Below, one piece after another: positions 18,700 to 28,178 of a stretch of 64,000 bases of DNA (the stretch's first letter is position 1; the number at the start of each line of letters is the position of its first letter). The stretch spans positions 2,207-66,206 of the forward strand of contig JBDRYB010000007.1 in the NCBI GenBank assembly GCA_039803205.1, read 5' to 3'. The notes under the pieces were generated by a model that did not search any database, was not told where the DNA came from, and saw only the letters and a program-made list of their open reading frames with translations. Both the position numbers and the translations under genes were made by a program. Origin of the DNA: a candidate division WOR-3 bacterium (lineage in GTDB: Bacteria; Hydrothermota; Hydrothermia; JBDRYB01).

Positions 18700-19003
18700 G
18701 GCATTATTATAATCCAAAATAACAGAAGAAAACGCCTACTTCGGCCCGAAGCGATCCTTTCCCTTTCTGTGCTTATTTTTGATCTCAGGCATATCCCCCT
18801 GGTCTGAGAAGCGATGGGCAGCTCAGCTGAACAGGGCTTTCATGTCCACTACGCCGCGCTCAAATGCCTCACCAAAGGCCCGGGTGTGATGAGCTCAGGA
18901 TGATGACCAAAATGCTTCTCTGTCCTGAGGAGTCCTATTGTATTTGAAAGCCAGAACAGGATGTCCTTCGTGTATCAAGGAGGTGCCCTCCCCTAAGGAT
19001 CGC

Positions 19004-20212
19004 CTATTTTCCTCCGGAGGCCGAGGATGGCTCCGGGCCAATGAGATAACCAGCGAATATCAGGATGCTCCCCAGGAACAGGTTGATACAGAGGAACCGG
19101 AGCAGGGGGCCGCTCGTATAGTAAGCACGGGGAAGGTTCGCGATCAAAAACCCGGCGCCCGCTAAAATGTAGCTCAGAGGCCTGGCCCGGTTGATGATGA
19201 GGAACATGAGGGGAATCAATAGGAGGGCGAAACAATAGACAGATACCGATGGCGCGACGAGCAGAGAGGCAATAATCAGCATGTTTCCTCGCCAGACCGC
19301 ATCCGCGATCCTCAACATTCGCCAGGCGAGGAGCGCCAGAACAGCCCCAACCCAGATGTAGTATCCGGCCGCCACATATCCCGGAACAGGCGTGAAGAGG
19401 GTGTTTATCTCGGAGGATTCCGATGTTCCGACGAATATCCTGTAAAGCATAGCGAGAGCGGATTGCATGTCTGCGCCTATGTATAGCATGCTGGCCCTCT
19501 CAAGAACAAGGCTGATGTATTGAAGGAAGACCCCCTTCCCCAAGGTTATAACCGCGGCTAACGAAGCCAGGAGCCATGCTCCGGTAAAGATCAGGAGACC
19601 CCGCCACTTTCTCTCAGTGACAAAGAGCAGGGGCAATAGCAGGAGGCTCGGCTTCAGCAGAAACCCAACCGAAAGAGCGATCTGGGAAAGGACCTTCTGG
19701 GGCCTCATGATGAAGTATCCCGCTATCGGCAAGAGAAAGCCGCTTCCCTGGCCTACCTGAAATCCGTATCTCGTTGGGTAGAAAAGGAGAATAGCCGCAA
19801 ATCCAAGAATGGTATATTGGGGACCATTTTGCCTAAAGAGATAGAAGACTAAGAGCGCAATGAGGGCTATCTGGAGAGCGAGAAATACGGTGGACGCGAG
19901 GTGGTAGGGCAGAAAGGAGAAGGGAATCATCATAATGGCGTAGAACGGGTGAGAGAAAAAGCGTGTTATATAGGACCAATTGTAGCCCCTTGCTCGGAGC
20001 ATATCCAGGACCTCTGGGGGCATTGCTGTTGGATCCGCGCCTGGTCTTTGGTCCGCTGAGTAGATCAGCTTGGAGTGCCCCGTCCTTATGAGAAGGCCTG
20101 CCGCGTAATCGTGAGCGAAATCCGGCCTCGGGTTTTCCTTCTCGTAGACGAGGGATGCTGAGAGCCAGGCGAGGGAGATCCCTAAAATGAAATAAAGAAA
20201 CCTATTCTGCAA
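19004..20212 (-). CDS. GT-C fold glycosyltransferase (GT87/DUF2029-like)
   Basis: Multi-TM; DFAHDYAAG, HPFYAIMMIPF, GQ, LLKP motifs. Confidence 0.75.
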   Translation of the reverse strand: MQNRFLYFILGISLAWLSASLVYEKENPRPDFAHDYAAGLLIRTGHSKLIYSADQRPGADPTAMPPEVLDMLRARGYNWSYITRFFSHPFYAIMMIPFSFLPYHLASTVFLALQIALIALLVFYLFRQNGPQYTILGFAAILLFYPTRYGFQVGQGSGFLLPIAGYFIMRPQKVLSQIALSVGFLLKPSLLLLPLLFVTERKWRGLLIFTGAWLLASLAAVITLGKGVFLQYISLVLERASMLYIGADMQSALAMLYRIFVGTSESSEINTLFTPVPGYVAAGYYIWVGAVLALLAWRMLRIADAVWRGNMLIIASLLVAPSVSVYCFALLLIPLMFLIINRARPLSYILAGAGFLIANLPRAYYTSGPLLRFLCINLFLGSILIFAGYLIGPEPSSASGGK

Positions 20213-20768
20213 AAGATTCCTCCACGGCCAAGGCTATCATGTGAACGATCAGGGTGTGGACCTCCTGGACGCGAGCGGTGTTATCAGAGGGAACCGGAAT
20301 GAGGACATCTGCTTTGCCGGAAGGGGTGCTCTTGCCGCAGAGATATATCACCTTGAGGCCCGCGGCCTCCGCGGCGCGGATCGCTCTGGTTATGTTCTCG
20401 CTTTTGCCCGATGTCGTGATGGCCACGAGGACATCCCCCTCTCTGCCTATTGCCTCTATTTGCCTCGCGAAAACACTTTCATAGCCGAGGTCATTCGCAG
20501 AGGCTGTCAGCACAGCTGAATCAGAACAGAGCGAAAGTGCCGCCAGAGCCTGTCTGTCCTTCTTGAACCTCACAGCAAGCTCAGCCGCTAGGTGCTGTGC
20601 CAGGGCGGCAGAGCCACCATTCCCACAAGCGAGGATCTTTCCGCCTCTCCTAAGGCACTCCGCTATGAGGCCCGATGCTTCTGAGACCCTCTCCAGAAAA
20701 TCGGTATCCAGGAGCCTGGCCACGAGCCCGGAAAGCTCGTTTATTTCCCTTTTGAATTTATCCACCAT
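20202..20768 (-). CDS. gmhA: D-sedoheptulose 7-phosphate isomerase
   Basis: GNGGSAALAQHLAAEL, TASANDLGY...FARQ, TTSGKSEN, ARVQEVH. Confidence 0.93.
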   Translation of the reverse strand: MVDKFKREINELSGLVARLLDTDFLERVSEASGLIAECLRRGGKILACGNGGSAALAQHLAAELAVRFKKDRQALAALSLCSDSAVLTASANDLGYESVFARQIEAIGREGDVLVAITTSGKSENITRAIRAAEAAGLKVIYLCGKSTPSGKADVLIPVPSDNTARVQEVHTLIVHMIALAVEESFAE

Positions 20769-21580
20769 TCAACATATTCCTCAAGGGTCTCCTCCCATCC
20801 TGGCACCCTCTTACCCGTTAATGCTTCGTAGAGCTCGGATGAGAGTGAGGAGCGGAGGGGCCTTTTCGCTGGCCTGTTAAGTTCGGACGACCTGACTAGC
20901 CTCAGATCCGTCTTTATCCCAGCTAATTCAAGGCCCCTTTTGACGAAATCCGCATATGTGACATCCGCAGAACCAGCCAGATGGTAAACGCCAAAGGGGA
21001 GCCTCCCTCTGGCAAAATCAAGCACCAGGCTGGCCAGATGCATGACATATGTGGGCCTTGAGACCTGATCCGTGATAAGAGTAAGGGGTTTACCCTGGGC
21101 TCCATAATCAAGAAACCTGCTGAGCAAGGTCTTTCCGCCAGGCCCGAAGACCCAGGATGTCCTTACAACATAGCTCTGTGGGACGCGGAGGGCCTCGCGT
21201 TCGCCGAGGAGCTTTGTCCTGCCGTAGACATTGACGGGATTAGGCTCATCGTTCTCGTTGTATAGATCCTTTTCCCCTCCGAATACATAATCGGTTGAGA
21301 TGTAGACGAGAATGGCATCCAACCTTATCGCCGCGGAGGCTATCGCTCTCGTTGAAACCCAGTTTACCACATGCGCCCTTTGTGGGTTGGTTTCGCAGGC
21401 ATCAACATCCGTCCACGCGCCCGCGTGGAATATCACCTTTGGCCTCATCCTGATGATGGTCCTGAAAACATCGGCGGGTCTTTCCAGGTCAAGCTCTGAT
21501 CTGTCAGGGGCCCAGACATCATCAAGCAGGTCAGCCACCTTACTGCCCAGACAGCCGCTTGCTCCCGTGACCAATATCAT
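20741..21580 (-). CDS. rfbD: dTDP-4-dehydrorhamnose reductase
   Basis: TGASGCLG, AWTDVDACE, YISTDYVFGG, YGRTKLLGE, RTSWVFG. Confidence 0.9.
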   Translation of the reverse strand: MILVTGASGCLGSKVADLLDDVWAPDRSELDLERPADVFRTIIRMRPKVIFHAGAWTDVDACETNPQRAHVVNWVSTRAIASAAIRLDAILVYISTDYVFGGEKDLYNENDEPNPVNVYGRTKLLGEREALRVPQSYVVRTSWVFGPGGKTLLSRFLDYGAQGKPLTLITDQVSRPTYVMHLASLVLDFARGRLPFGVYHLAGSADVTYADFVKRGLELAGIKTDLRLVRSSELNRPAKRPLRSSLSSELYEALTGKRVPGWEETLEEYVEWWINSKGK

Positions 21581-22293
21581 TTCTCCATCTCCTTCTCTCT
21601 GACCAATACCGTTGCCCTAAAAAGGGATTCAAATGTGCCAGCGTCGGTCCACCAGCCCGATAGGAAATCGTGCTTCATCTCCCCGCGCTCTATATACCAG
21701 TTATTGACATCGGTTATCTCCAGCTCCCCGCGATGAGATGGCACGAGGCTTCTTATTACCCCAAAGACCCTCTCGTCATAAAAATATACTCCTGTCACAG
21801 CGAAGCGAGAAGGGGGCACCTCCGGCTTCTCAATTATCCTTTTTATGATGCCGTCTTCTATTACGGGAACGCCAAACCTTCCGGGGTCAGGAACCTCAGC
21901 GAGAAGGATCATCGCGCCTCGGCCAGGGTATTTCTCAATAAACGGCGTCAGTGGGTCCTGGAATATGTTATCGCCGAGTATGACCAGGAGAGGCTCACCG
22001 TCCGAGAAGTCCTCGGCAAGCGAAAGCGCATCAGCAATGCCCCTTTCGCCCTCCTGATATGTGTAGGCCAATCTTAGACCCAGCTCCTTCCCGCTCCCAA
22101 GGAGCCTCAAGAAATCCCCAGCGTGCTGGCCTCCGGTCACCAGAAGGACATCCTTGATGCCCGCCTCAGCCATCTTCATCAGGGGATAAAGGACCATCGG
22201 CCTGTTATACACGGGCAGGAGGTGTTTGTTCGTTATCTTGGTCAAGGGATAGAGCCTGGTGCCCAGGCCTCCCGCAAGGACTACGCCTTTCAC
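21577..22293 (-). CDS. rfbA: Glucose-1-phosphate thymidylyltransferase (short form)
   Basis: LAGGLGTRLYPLT...KHLLPVY, RGELEITDVN, WWTDAGT. Confidence 0.88.
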   Translation of the reverse strand: MKGVVLAGGLGTRLYPLTKITNKHLLPVYNRPMVLYPLMKMAEAGIKDVLLVTGGQHAGDFLRLLGSGKELGLRLAYTYQEGERGIADALSLAEDFSDGEPLLVILGDNIFQDPLTPFIEKYPGRGAMILLAEVPDPGRFGVPVIEDGIIKRIIEKPEVPPSRFAVTGVYFYDERVFGVIRSLVPSHRGELEITDVNNWYIERGEMKHDFLSGWWTDAGTFESLFRATVLVREKEMEK

Positions 22294-22384
22294 GGGAAAA
22301 TTATATTGCCTCTGCCTGCTCCGAGTCCACTACTCGTTGATCCTACTGAACCCCAATCCTTATAATTTACCCAGAGAGGTGATT

Positions 22385-23914
22385 ATGAACCTTTTTCTGT
22401 GCTCTATCATCTTGTCCTCCTGGATGACATTCAGGGGGAACAACCAAAGGACAGGCCTTGTTGAGGGAAGGAGCAACTTCTACCAACAGGCGCCAGCTGT
22501 GCTCGCGGCTTGGGTGGTTCATTCAAGCGGCAATTCCGTGTATGGAGCGCCCATTACCTATGACCAGAGCGGCGATGGCAAAGAGGACATATACATCACA
22601 TCCCACTCAAGTTATCCCTCCATTACCCTCTACAGGGGGCCTAGCGGTGGCATAATTTGGAATTGCCAGGACTACGCGGATGCCTATTACTCAACGCCTG
22701 CGCTTTTGCCCATAAACTATGACCCCTACCCAGAGGTTTTTCAGGGATTCCACAATTCCGGAGGCCTCAGGTGCTACGATGGTGGCTCCGGAACGAGGAT
22801 ATGGTGGGCTTACCTCGGCGGAATATCCTACTCGTCCCCTTTGGCGTTTTTTGACCCCTCTGGAAACCTCCGTGTAGCAGTGGTCAACGACGCTGGAGTG
22901 CTTTATTACCTGGATGCTGGCACAGGGGCCGTGCTCTGGTCATATGCGGGTTCAGCCTCATCGTATTCGGCTCCAGCACTCGGGGATGTGAATGGAGATG
23001 GCACTCCTGAGATAGCGTATACCACAGCGAATCACATCTATGTCCTTGATCTATCAGGCAATCTCCTCTGGGATCTGGCATATGGTGCGAAGCCCTCAAC
23101 CCCCGCGCTCTCTGATATGGATGGGTCGCCCGGACTTGAGATGGTGATCTATGATGCTGGGGCGGGTTGGGTTGCTGTTTTCGCCTTCGGAAACCCTATT
23201 CCTCTCTGGACATACTTCGTGGGCGCTTTCTCCGAGACATTCCCGCCTTCGCCGGCAGTCGGGGATGTGAACGCAAACGGGATCCCCGATGTGGTGATTC
23301 ACAACACGAGGGTTGTCTATTGCGTGGAGAACGGGACTCTCGTATGGTCGGTGAATGCCCTTGGGAATGATTATCTCTATGGTTCGCCTGTCCTGGCTGA
23401 TCTTGATGGCGCTTCTGTTCACGACGGGGGAGCGCTTGAGACGGTCATAACCGGGGAGGATGAGAACTCGTATATCGGTTTGGTCTACTACATCCAGGAC
23501 GATGGCTTACTCTGCTGGAGGTGGTCAAACCCATCGTATACGGACTTTCCCGTGTATAACGAGGCCGCTCTCGGAGACCCCAACGGTGATGGCTGGCTTG
23601 AGATAGTGGTTGTGGATTACTCTTGCTACGCGTTCATACTAAGAGGGACCGATCCCCTTGAGAGCGGGGAGACCGTGCTTGAGACAGAGCCCACAAGGAT
23701 CATCCCGACCCCTCGCGGCCTTTTGGTTTACGCGGTTTCACCTTGTCCGGTTTCCGTTGATTTCTACGATGGCTCGGGTAGGCTCGTTGATTCCTACAAA
23801 GGGAGCCTGAGAGCCGGGGAGAACCTGATAAAGCCGAAGACAGAAGGCATCCTTTTCTACAAAGCCATGATGGGCGAGGAGGAGATCAGGGGAAAGCTAG
23901 TTATCCTGGAATAA
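22385..23914 (+). CDS. FG-GAP/VCBS repeat protein with T9SS-type CTD
   Basis: W.TFRGNNQRTG start, repeated SxPALGDVNGDG units, CTD FYDGSGRLV; SD AGAGGTG; promoter TTGATC-18-TATAAT. Confidence 0.8.
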   Translation: MNLFLCSIILSSWMTFRGNNQRTGLVEGRSNFYQQAPAVLAAWVVHSSGNSVYGAPITYDQSGDGKEDIYITSHSSYPSITLYRGPSGGIIWNCQDYADAYYSTPALLPINYDPYPEVFQGFHNSGGLRCYDGGSGTRIWWAYLGGISYSSPLAFFDPSGNLRVAVVNDAGVLYYLDAGTGAVLWSYAGSASSYSAPALGDVNGDGTPEIAYTTANHIYVLDLSGNLLWDLAYGAKPSTPALSDMDGSPGLEMVIYDAGAGWVAVFAFGNPIPLWTYFVGAFSETFPPSPAVGDVNANGIPDVVIHNTRVVYCVENGTLVWSVNALGNDYLYGSPVLADLDGASVHDGGALETVITGEDENSYIGLVYYIQDDGLLCWRWSNPSYTDFPVYNEAALGDPNGDGWLEIVVVDYSCYAFILRGTDPLESGETVLETEPTRIIPTPRGLLVYAVSPCPVSVDFYDGSGRLVDSYKGSLRAGENLIKPKTEGILFYKAMMGEEEIRGKLVILE

Positions 23915-24059
23915 TAAATAAAAAATAAGCCATTACAAAGCAAGATTAGGATCATAGCCCTCTGAGAAGCCGCCTGATGGTTCAGAGTAGTCCTTGTCAG
24001 CGCCCAATTGGGCATCTTTTAACCAGCAAGGAGAAAAGACGAGCCATTATAATTTGTCT

Positions 24060-24644
24060 ATGCATGAGGACGCGAGCGCTTTGTTCCAGGAAGGGGTTTC
24101 TCTCTATCAGAAAGGGGAATACGAGAACGCCGAGACATTTTTCAGGCGAGCCTTGGAACGAGACCCCGGTTTTGCAGAGGCCAGGATGGCACTCGGAGAG
24201 ACCCTTTATTCCCTGGGAAGATACGAGGATGCTGAGAAGGAGTTCAGGGCCGCTGTGAGGCTGAGACCAGATTCCCCTCGCGCCAGGCACGCTCTTGGCG
24301 AGGTTCTGATGATCCTTGAGAAATACCCGGAGGCCGAGCTTGAACTCAGAGAGGCTGTTCGCCTGTGTCCGGAGGATCCGAATATCCTTCTTGACCTCGG
24401 TTCCCTGTTTCACCTTGCTGGCAAGCTATCGGAGGCGGCTGAGATCCTGGGGGAAGCCGTGCAGATTGGAAAGGATAACTCCTGGGCCCGTTTCTCTTTG
24501 GCCATGGTCCTCAAGGACATGGGCAGGCTCTCTGATGCTCTCATGCAGGTTGAGGAAGCGATAAGGCTTGGTAACGACTCCGCGCCAGTGCTTGAGCTCA
24601 GAAGGAGCCTGAGAGAGGCCCTTAAAGAGAAACGCCAGGGATAA
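24060..24644 (+). CDS. TPR repeat protein
   Basis: Multiple A..A...LG..L...G.Y..A...FR.A....P repeats. Confidence 0.85.
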   Translation: MHEDASALFQEGVSLYQKGEYENAETFFRRALERDPGFAEARMALGETLYSLGRYEDAEKEFRAAVRLRPDSPRARHALGEVLMILEKYPEAELELREAVRLCPEDPNILLDLGSLFHLAGKLSEAAEILGEAVQIGKDNSWARFSLAMVLKDMGRLSDALMQVEEAIRLGNDSAPVLELRRSLREALKEKRQG

Positions 24645-24646
24645 AC

Positions 24647-25309
24647 TCAATCTTCCCTGGTCATCCACTTGAAAACCGGATCCCCGGCCAAGGATGAAAA
24701 CGCCTCATCAATCCGGGCTTTCTTCCTGAGGGATCCATCGAGATCAATCGCGTTCTCAAGCGCGCGAAGCGCGTTGTCCCTATCCCCGCGTTTGCAATAG
24801 AAGCACGCGAGAAGATACCAAGCCTCAGGGCTAAAGGGTGATTCCCTCAGAGCACCAGTTGCCTCACGGTAAAGGCTGTCCGGTTCTGATATCATGAGGT
24901 ATGCCCTTGCCTTTCTGACCCTTGCCATGGACCTGTAGCTGGGATTCGCCCTCTCCAAAGCGTTATAAACCGCTATTGCTTCTTTGGCCTCACCTCTTGC
25001 CAGGTATATGGAGCCCAGAGCGTCTGCGGCCAGCGCATCGCCGGGGTTCGTTCGGAGTATCGTGCCAAAGGCCTCTATTGCCCGGGCAGTGTCCCCGGTC
25101 TCAGCTAGGGCTATGCCGTAGTAATAAAGATATATTGGGTTCCTGGGCTCCTTTGCCACAGCGCTCCGGTAAAAGGAGAGGGACTCGGCGACCCTTCCCT
25201 CCTGGTGTAGCCTGTTGGCCATCACAAAATCAGGGTCAACCACCCCTGCTTGTCTGTATAGGGGCGTGCAGGCAAAAAGAAACACAAAGACAAATGCTCC
25301 CTTTCTCAT
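24647..25309 (-). CDS. TPR repeat lipoprotein
   Basis: Lipobox FLFAC; TPR repeats; C-terminal WYLLACFY...A...L..AI.LD. Confidence 0.8.
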   Translation of the reverse strand: MRKGAFVFVFLFACTPLYRQAGVVDPDFVMANRLHQEGRVAESLSFYRSAVAKEPRNPIYLYYYGIALAETGDTARAIEAFGTILRTNPGDALAADALGSIYLARGEAKEAIAVYNALERANPSYRSMARVRKARAYLMISEPDSLYREATGALRESPFSPEAWYLLACFYCKRGDRDNALRALENAIDLDGSLRKKARIDEAFSSLAGDPVFKWMTRED

Positions 25310-25417
25310 GGGCAAATTATACTGGTTGCAAGTTGCTGGTTGCCAGGGCTTGGACCCTCGCGGGGGCTATTTTGCAAGCCCATGCCCTTTTTGGCTTATA
25401 ATTTCAGGCCTATATTT

Positions 25418-26404
25418 ATGGAGGTTCTCGCCGCGCTTGAAGGATTCTCTCGCTTTCGGGTAGGGGTCATAGGAGACCTCATCCTGGACAGGTATCTGTT
25501 CGGAGATGCTGAGCGCATATCCCCTGAGGCGCCTGTTCCCGTTGTCCGGACGCGAGAGGAACGCGACGGCCTGGGCGGGGCGGGAAATGTTGCTGGGAAC
25601 CTCCTTGCCGCTGGTGCGAGACCTTTGCTGTTTGGGGTTGTAGGGGATGACCGTGAGGGGCACAAGCTTCTTGAACTCGTTGAGGAAAAGGGGATACAAG
25701 GCTGCATTCTCGTTGATCCAGAGAGGCCCACAACCCTGAAGACAAGGGTAATCGCCCAGAACCAACAGGTCCTGAGAATTGACAGGGAGCTTTGTTCCGA
25801 GATACCGGACGAGATAGCCAGAAACCTTTGTGAGGCTGTAGCCTCAGCGGATCCGGACGCTCTCATAATTGAGGATTACGACAAGGGAACCATAAATCAA
25901 TTGCTCATATCCCGGCTCAAGGATATAATGGACGGGAGGCTCGTGTCCGTTGATCCGAAAACGGCTCGGTTCAGGCAATACACGGGGGTTGGGCTTTTCA
26001 AGCCGAACAGGAAGGAGTTCCTCTCAGAGACGAGGGCGCGCGATGATCCGGTTTCAATAGCGAGGGCCGCTTCTAGACTAAGAGAAGAGCTTGGTGCCGA
26101 AAGGGTTTTGGTCACACTCGGAGCCGAGGGCGCGGTAGCCTGCTATGAGGAAGGGGCATTTCACATACCCGCTCTGAGAAGGGAGGTCTATGATGTTACC
26201 GGCGCTGGGGACACTGTCATAGCGTATGTTACCTTGGGTCTTCTATCGGGCCTCAGCTTTACCGAGTCCGCGTGTCTAGCCTCCATTGCCGGGGGCATTA
26301 AGGTCGGGAAGTTCGGAGCCGCACCTGTTAGCAGGGAGGAGGTCAGGGAGGCTGTTGGGGCTGAGTGGGACAGGTTTACCGCAAGAATGAGGAGACTAAC
26401 ATGA
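25418..26404 (+). CDS. rfaE1: D-glycero-beta-D-manno-heptose-7-phosphate kinase (stand-alone HldE domain I)
   Basis: GDLILDRY.FG.AERISPEAPVPVV, GGAGNVA, EDYDKG, VYDVTGAGDTV. Confidence 0.92.
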   Translation: MEVLAALEGFSRFRVGVIGDLILDRYLFGDAERISPEAPVPVVRTREERDGLGGAGNVAGNLLAAGARPLLFGVVGDDREGHKLLELVEEKGIQGCILVDPERPTTLKTRVIAQNQQVLRIDRELCSEIPDEIARNLCEAVASADPDALIIEDYDKGTINQLLISRLKDIMDGRLVSVDPKTARFRQYTGVGLFKPNRKEFLSETRARDDPVSIARAASRLREELGAERVLVTLGAEGAVACYEEGAFHIPALRREVYDVTGAGDTVIAYVTLGLLSGLSFTESACLASIAGGIKVGKFGAAPVSREEVREAVGAEWDRFTARMRRLT

Positions 26405-27435
26405 GATTCCTCAGAAGTGATATATCAGGCTCTTTTGGATTCGGGATAACCGAGCTGGACAACCTCAAGGCAAAGCTGGATCAGAACGAGTGTGCGAGGG
26501 AACTGCCCGGCGAGCTAAAGGAGCTCATAAAGGAGGAGCTGTTCCGATTCAGGTTGAATCGCTATCCACAGCCGAGGGATTATCACGAGGCAAAGGGTAT
26601 CTTCGCTGAGGCCGCTGGCTTCAAACCGGAGAATGTATTCCTTACGGTTGGATGCGATCAGGTCATCATGATGGCCTTCTGGCTCTCCGGCGGCCCCGGG
26701 CGAAAAGCCCTCATATTTGAGCCAACATATCCCATGTTCGCGCACTCCGCGATGATCACAGGAACAGAGGCAATAAGGGTCAATCTCGGCCCCGATTTTG
26801 TCTGGGATACCTCTTATTTCAAGCCTGAGATCCACCTCATAAACATCGTTACCCCGAACAACCCAACGGGCCACCTCGCGGGGGATGAGGTAGTTGAGGC
26901 CGCTCTGAAAACGGGCTCCTTTGTCTTCGTGGATGAGGCATATCATGACTTTTCTGGAAAGTCATACTCCGGTTTCCTTGAAAAATACGAAAACATGATG
27001 ATAGGTAGGTCCCTGGCAAAATCGGGGCTCGCAGGAGTGAGGCTTGGATACGGGGTTTCTGGGTCAGAGATAGTGACGCTGGCAGAGGGGCTTCTCTTCA
27101 TACCCTATCACCTGAATTTCCTCCAATTGGCTGTCGCGAGGGCTTATCCTAAGATAAAGCCGTTTCTCGCTGATTGGGCACGGGAGGTCAATCTGGAGAA
27201 GGAGCGGCTTTATCGGTTCTTTGACCAAGAGGGCATAGAGTATCAGCCCAGCTTTGCCAATTTCGTGCTTTTCAGGGTTCCTGACCCCAAGAGAACATAC
27301 GACTGCCTCATAGGGGAGTGCATAAGGATAAGGAACACCTCATCCATGAAGGGTCTGGAGGGATGGCTCAGGGTAACAATAGGGACCAAGGAGGAGATGG
27401 ATTGCTTCATGGAGGCTCTGAGAAAGGCGTTATAA
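26401..27435 (+). CDS. hisC: PLP-dependent class I/II aminotransferase, histidinol-phosphate aminotransferase-like
   Basis: LNRYP, PNNPTG, VDEAY, RSLAKSGLAGVRLGY, ANFVL, WLRVTIG. Confidence 0.75.
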   Translation: MRFLRSDISGSFGFGITELDNLKAKLDQNECARELPGELKELIKEELFRFRLNRYPQPRDYHEAKGIFAEAAGFKPENVFLTVGCDQVIMMAFWLSGGPGRKALIFEPTYPMFAHSAMITGTEAIRVNLGPDFVWDTSYFKPEIHLINIVTPNNPTGHLAGDEVVEAALKTGSFVFVDEAYHDFSGKSYSGFLEKYENMMIGRSLAKSGLAGVRLGYGVSGSEIVTLAEGLLFIPYHLNFLQLAVARAYPKIKPFLADWAREVNLEKERLYRFFDQEGIEYQPSFANFVLFRVPDPKRTYDCLIGECIRIRNTSSMKGLEGWLRVTIGTKEEMDCFMEALRKAL

Positions 27436-27488
27436 AGGGTAATTAATTGCCTATTCTCTGAGGGCTGATGTGGACAGGGATCCCCTTC

Positions 27489-28178
27489 CTATTCTTTCAC
27501 GAAAACCCTCACTCTTTTTGACCAGAAGACCGCGAAATCGTGATACCTGTCAGTCCCTGATGAGACCGTGTCAAAACCCGCTATGGTGAGGTCATACCAG
27601 TAATTCAGCGTGTCAATGTAAAACGCTGGGATATAGCTTTCTGATGTGTCCCCGTTTGGGAACACGGGAAACATAACCTCATATGTGTATGGGGTATCGC
27701 GAAGGGTATCCTGTGTGTAGAGCCGGAGAAAGTAACCAGGATTGCCGGGCTCAGTCCAAACAACATAGAGCGAATCAAAGCGCATCGTGTCTCCCTCCCT
27801 TGGATAGAGAAGCTCAAACCGTTTCGGCGACCTGGAGCTCATCTCATAGGTATCTCCAACCGGACTTTCAACCCTGAGCCTGTAATCGGTCTCAGGGATT
27901 ATCATGAGAGGCAAGAAATACATACCCGGCCTCCCCGTGTCCTCGTGGAACGGGATCCCAAGTGCACCTCCTACCGATAGGCTCACCCTTGCGCCAGAAA
28001 GCCCGCAGGTATCCTCAACCGGTTCATCAATGCTGTAAAGGGTATCCAGAAAGACCCATTGGGTATCCTGGTGGCTGTAGAAGTAAGCGAACGCGGTGGT
28101 CAGCCTGGGCTTTTCCTCCGGGGTTTGCTCGCAACCCAGAGCCAACGCGATCGCCGAAGCTATCAAGACCCTTTTCAT
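27489..28178 (-). CDS. Hypothetical lipoprotein (DUF4249-like)
   Basis: Lipobox LALGC; beta-rich; GARVSL...F.E...PG.Y pattern; directly abuts upstream stop codon. Confidence 0.6.
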   Translation of the reverse strand: MKRVLIASAIALALGCEQTPEEKPRLTTAFAYFYSHQDTQWVFLDTLYSIDEPVEDTCGLSGARVSLSVGGALGIPFHEDTGRPGMYFLPLMIIPETDYRLRVESPVGDTYEMSSRSPKRFELLYPREGDTMRFDSLYVVWTEPGNPGYFLRLYTQDTLRDTPYTYEVMFPVFPNGDTSESYIPAFYIDTLNYWYDLTIAGFDTVSSGTDRYHDFAVFWSKRVRVFVKE

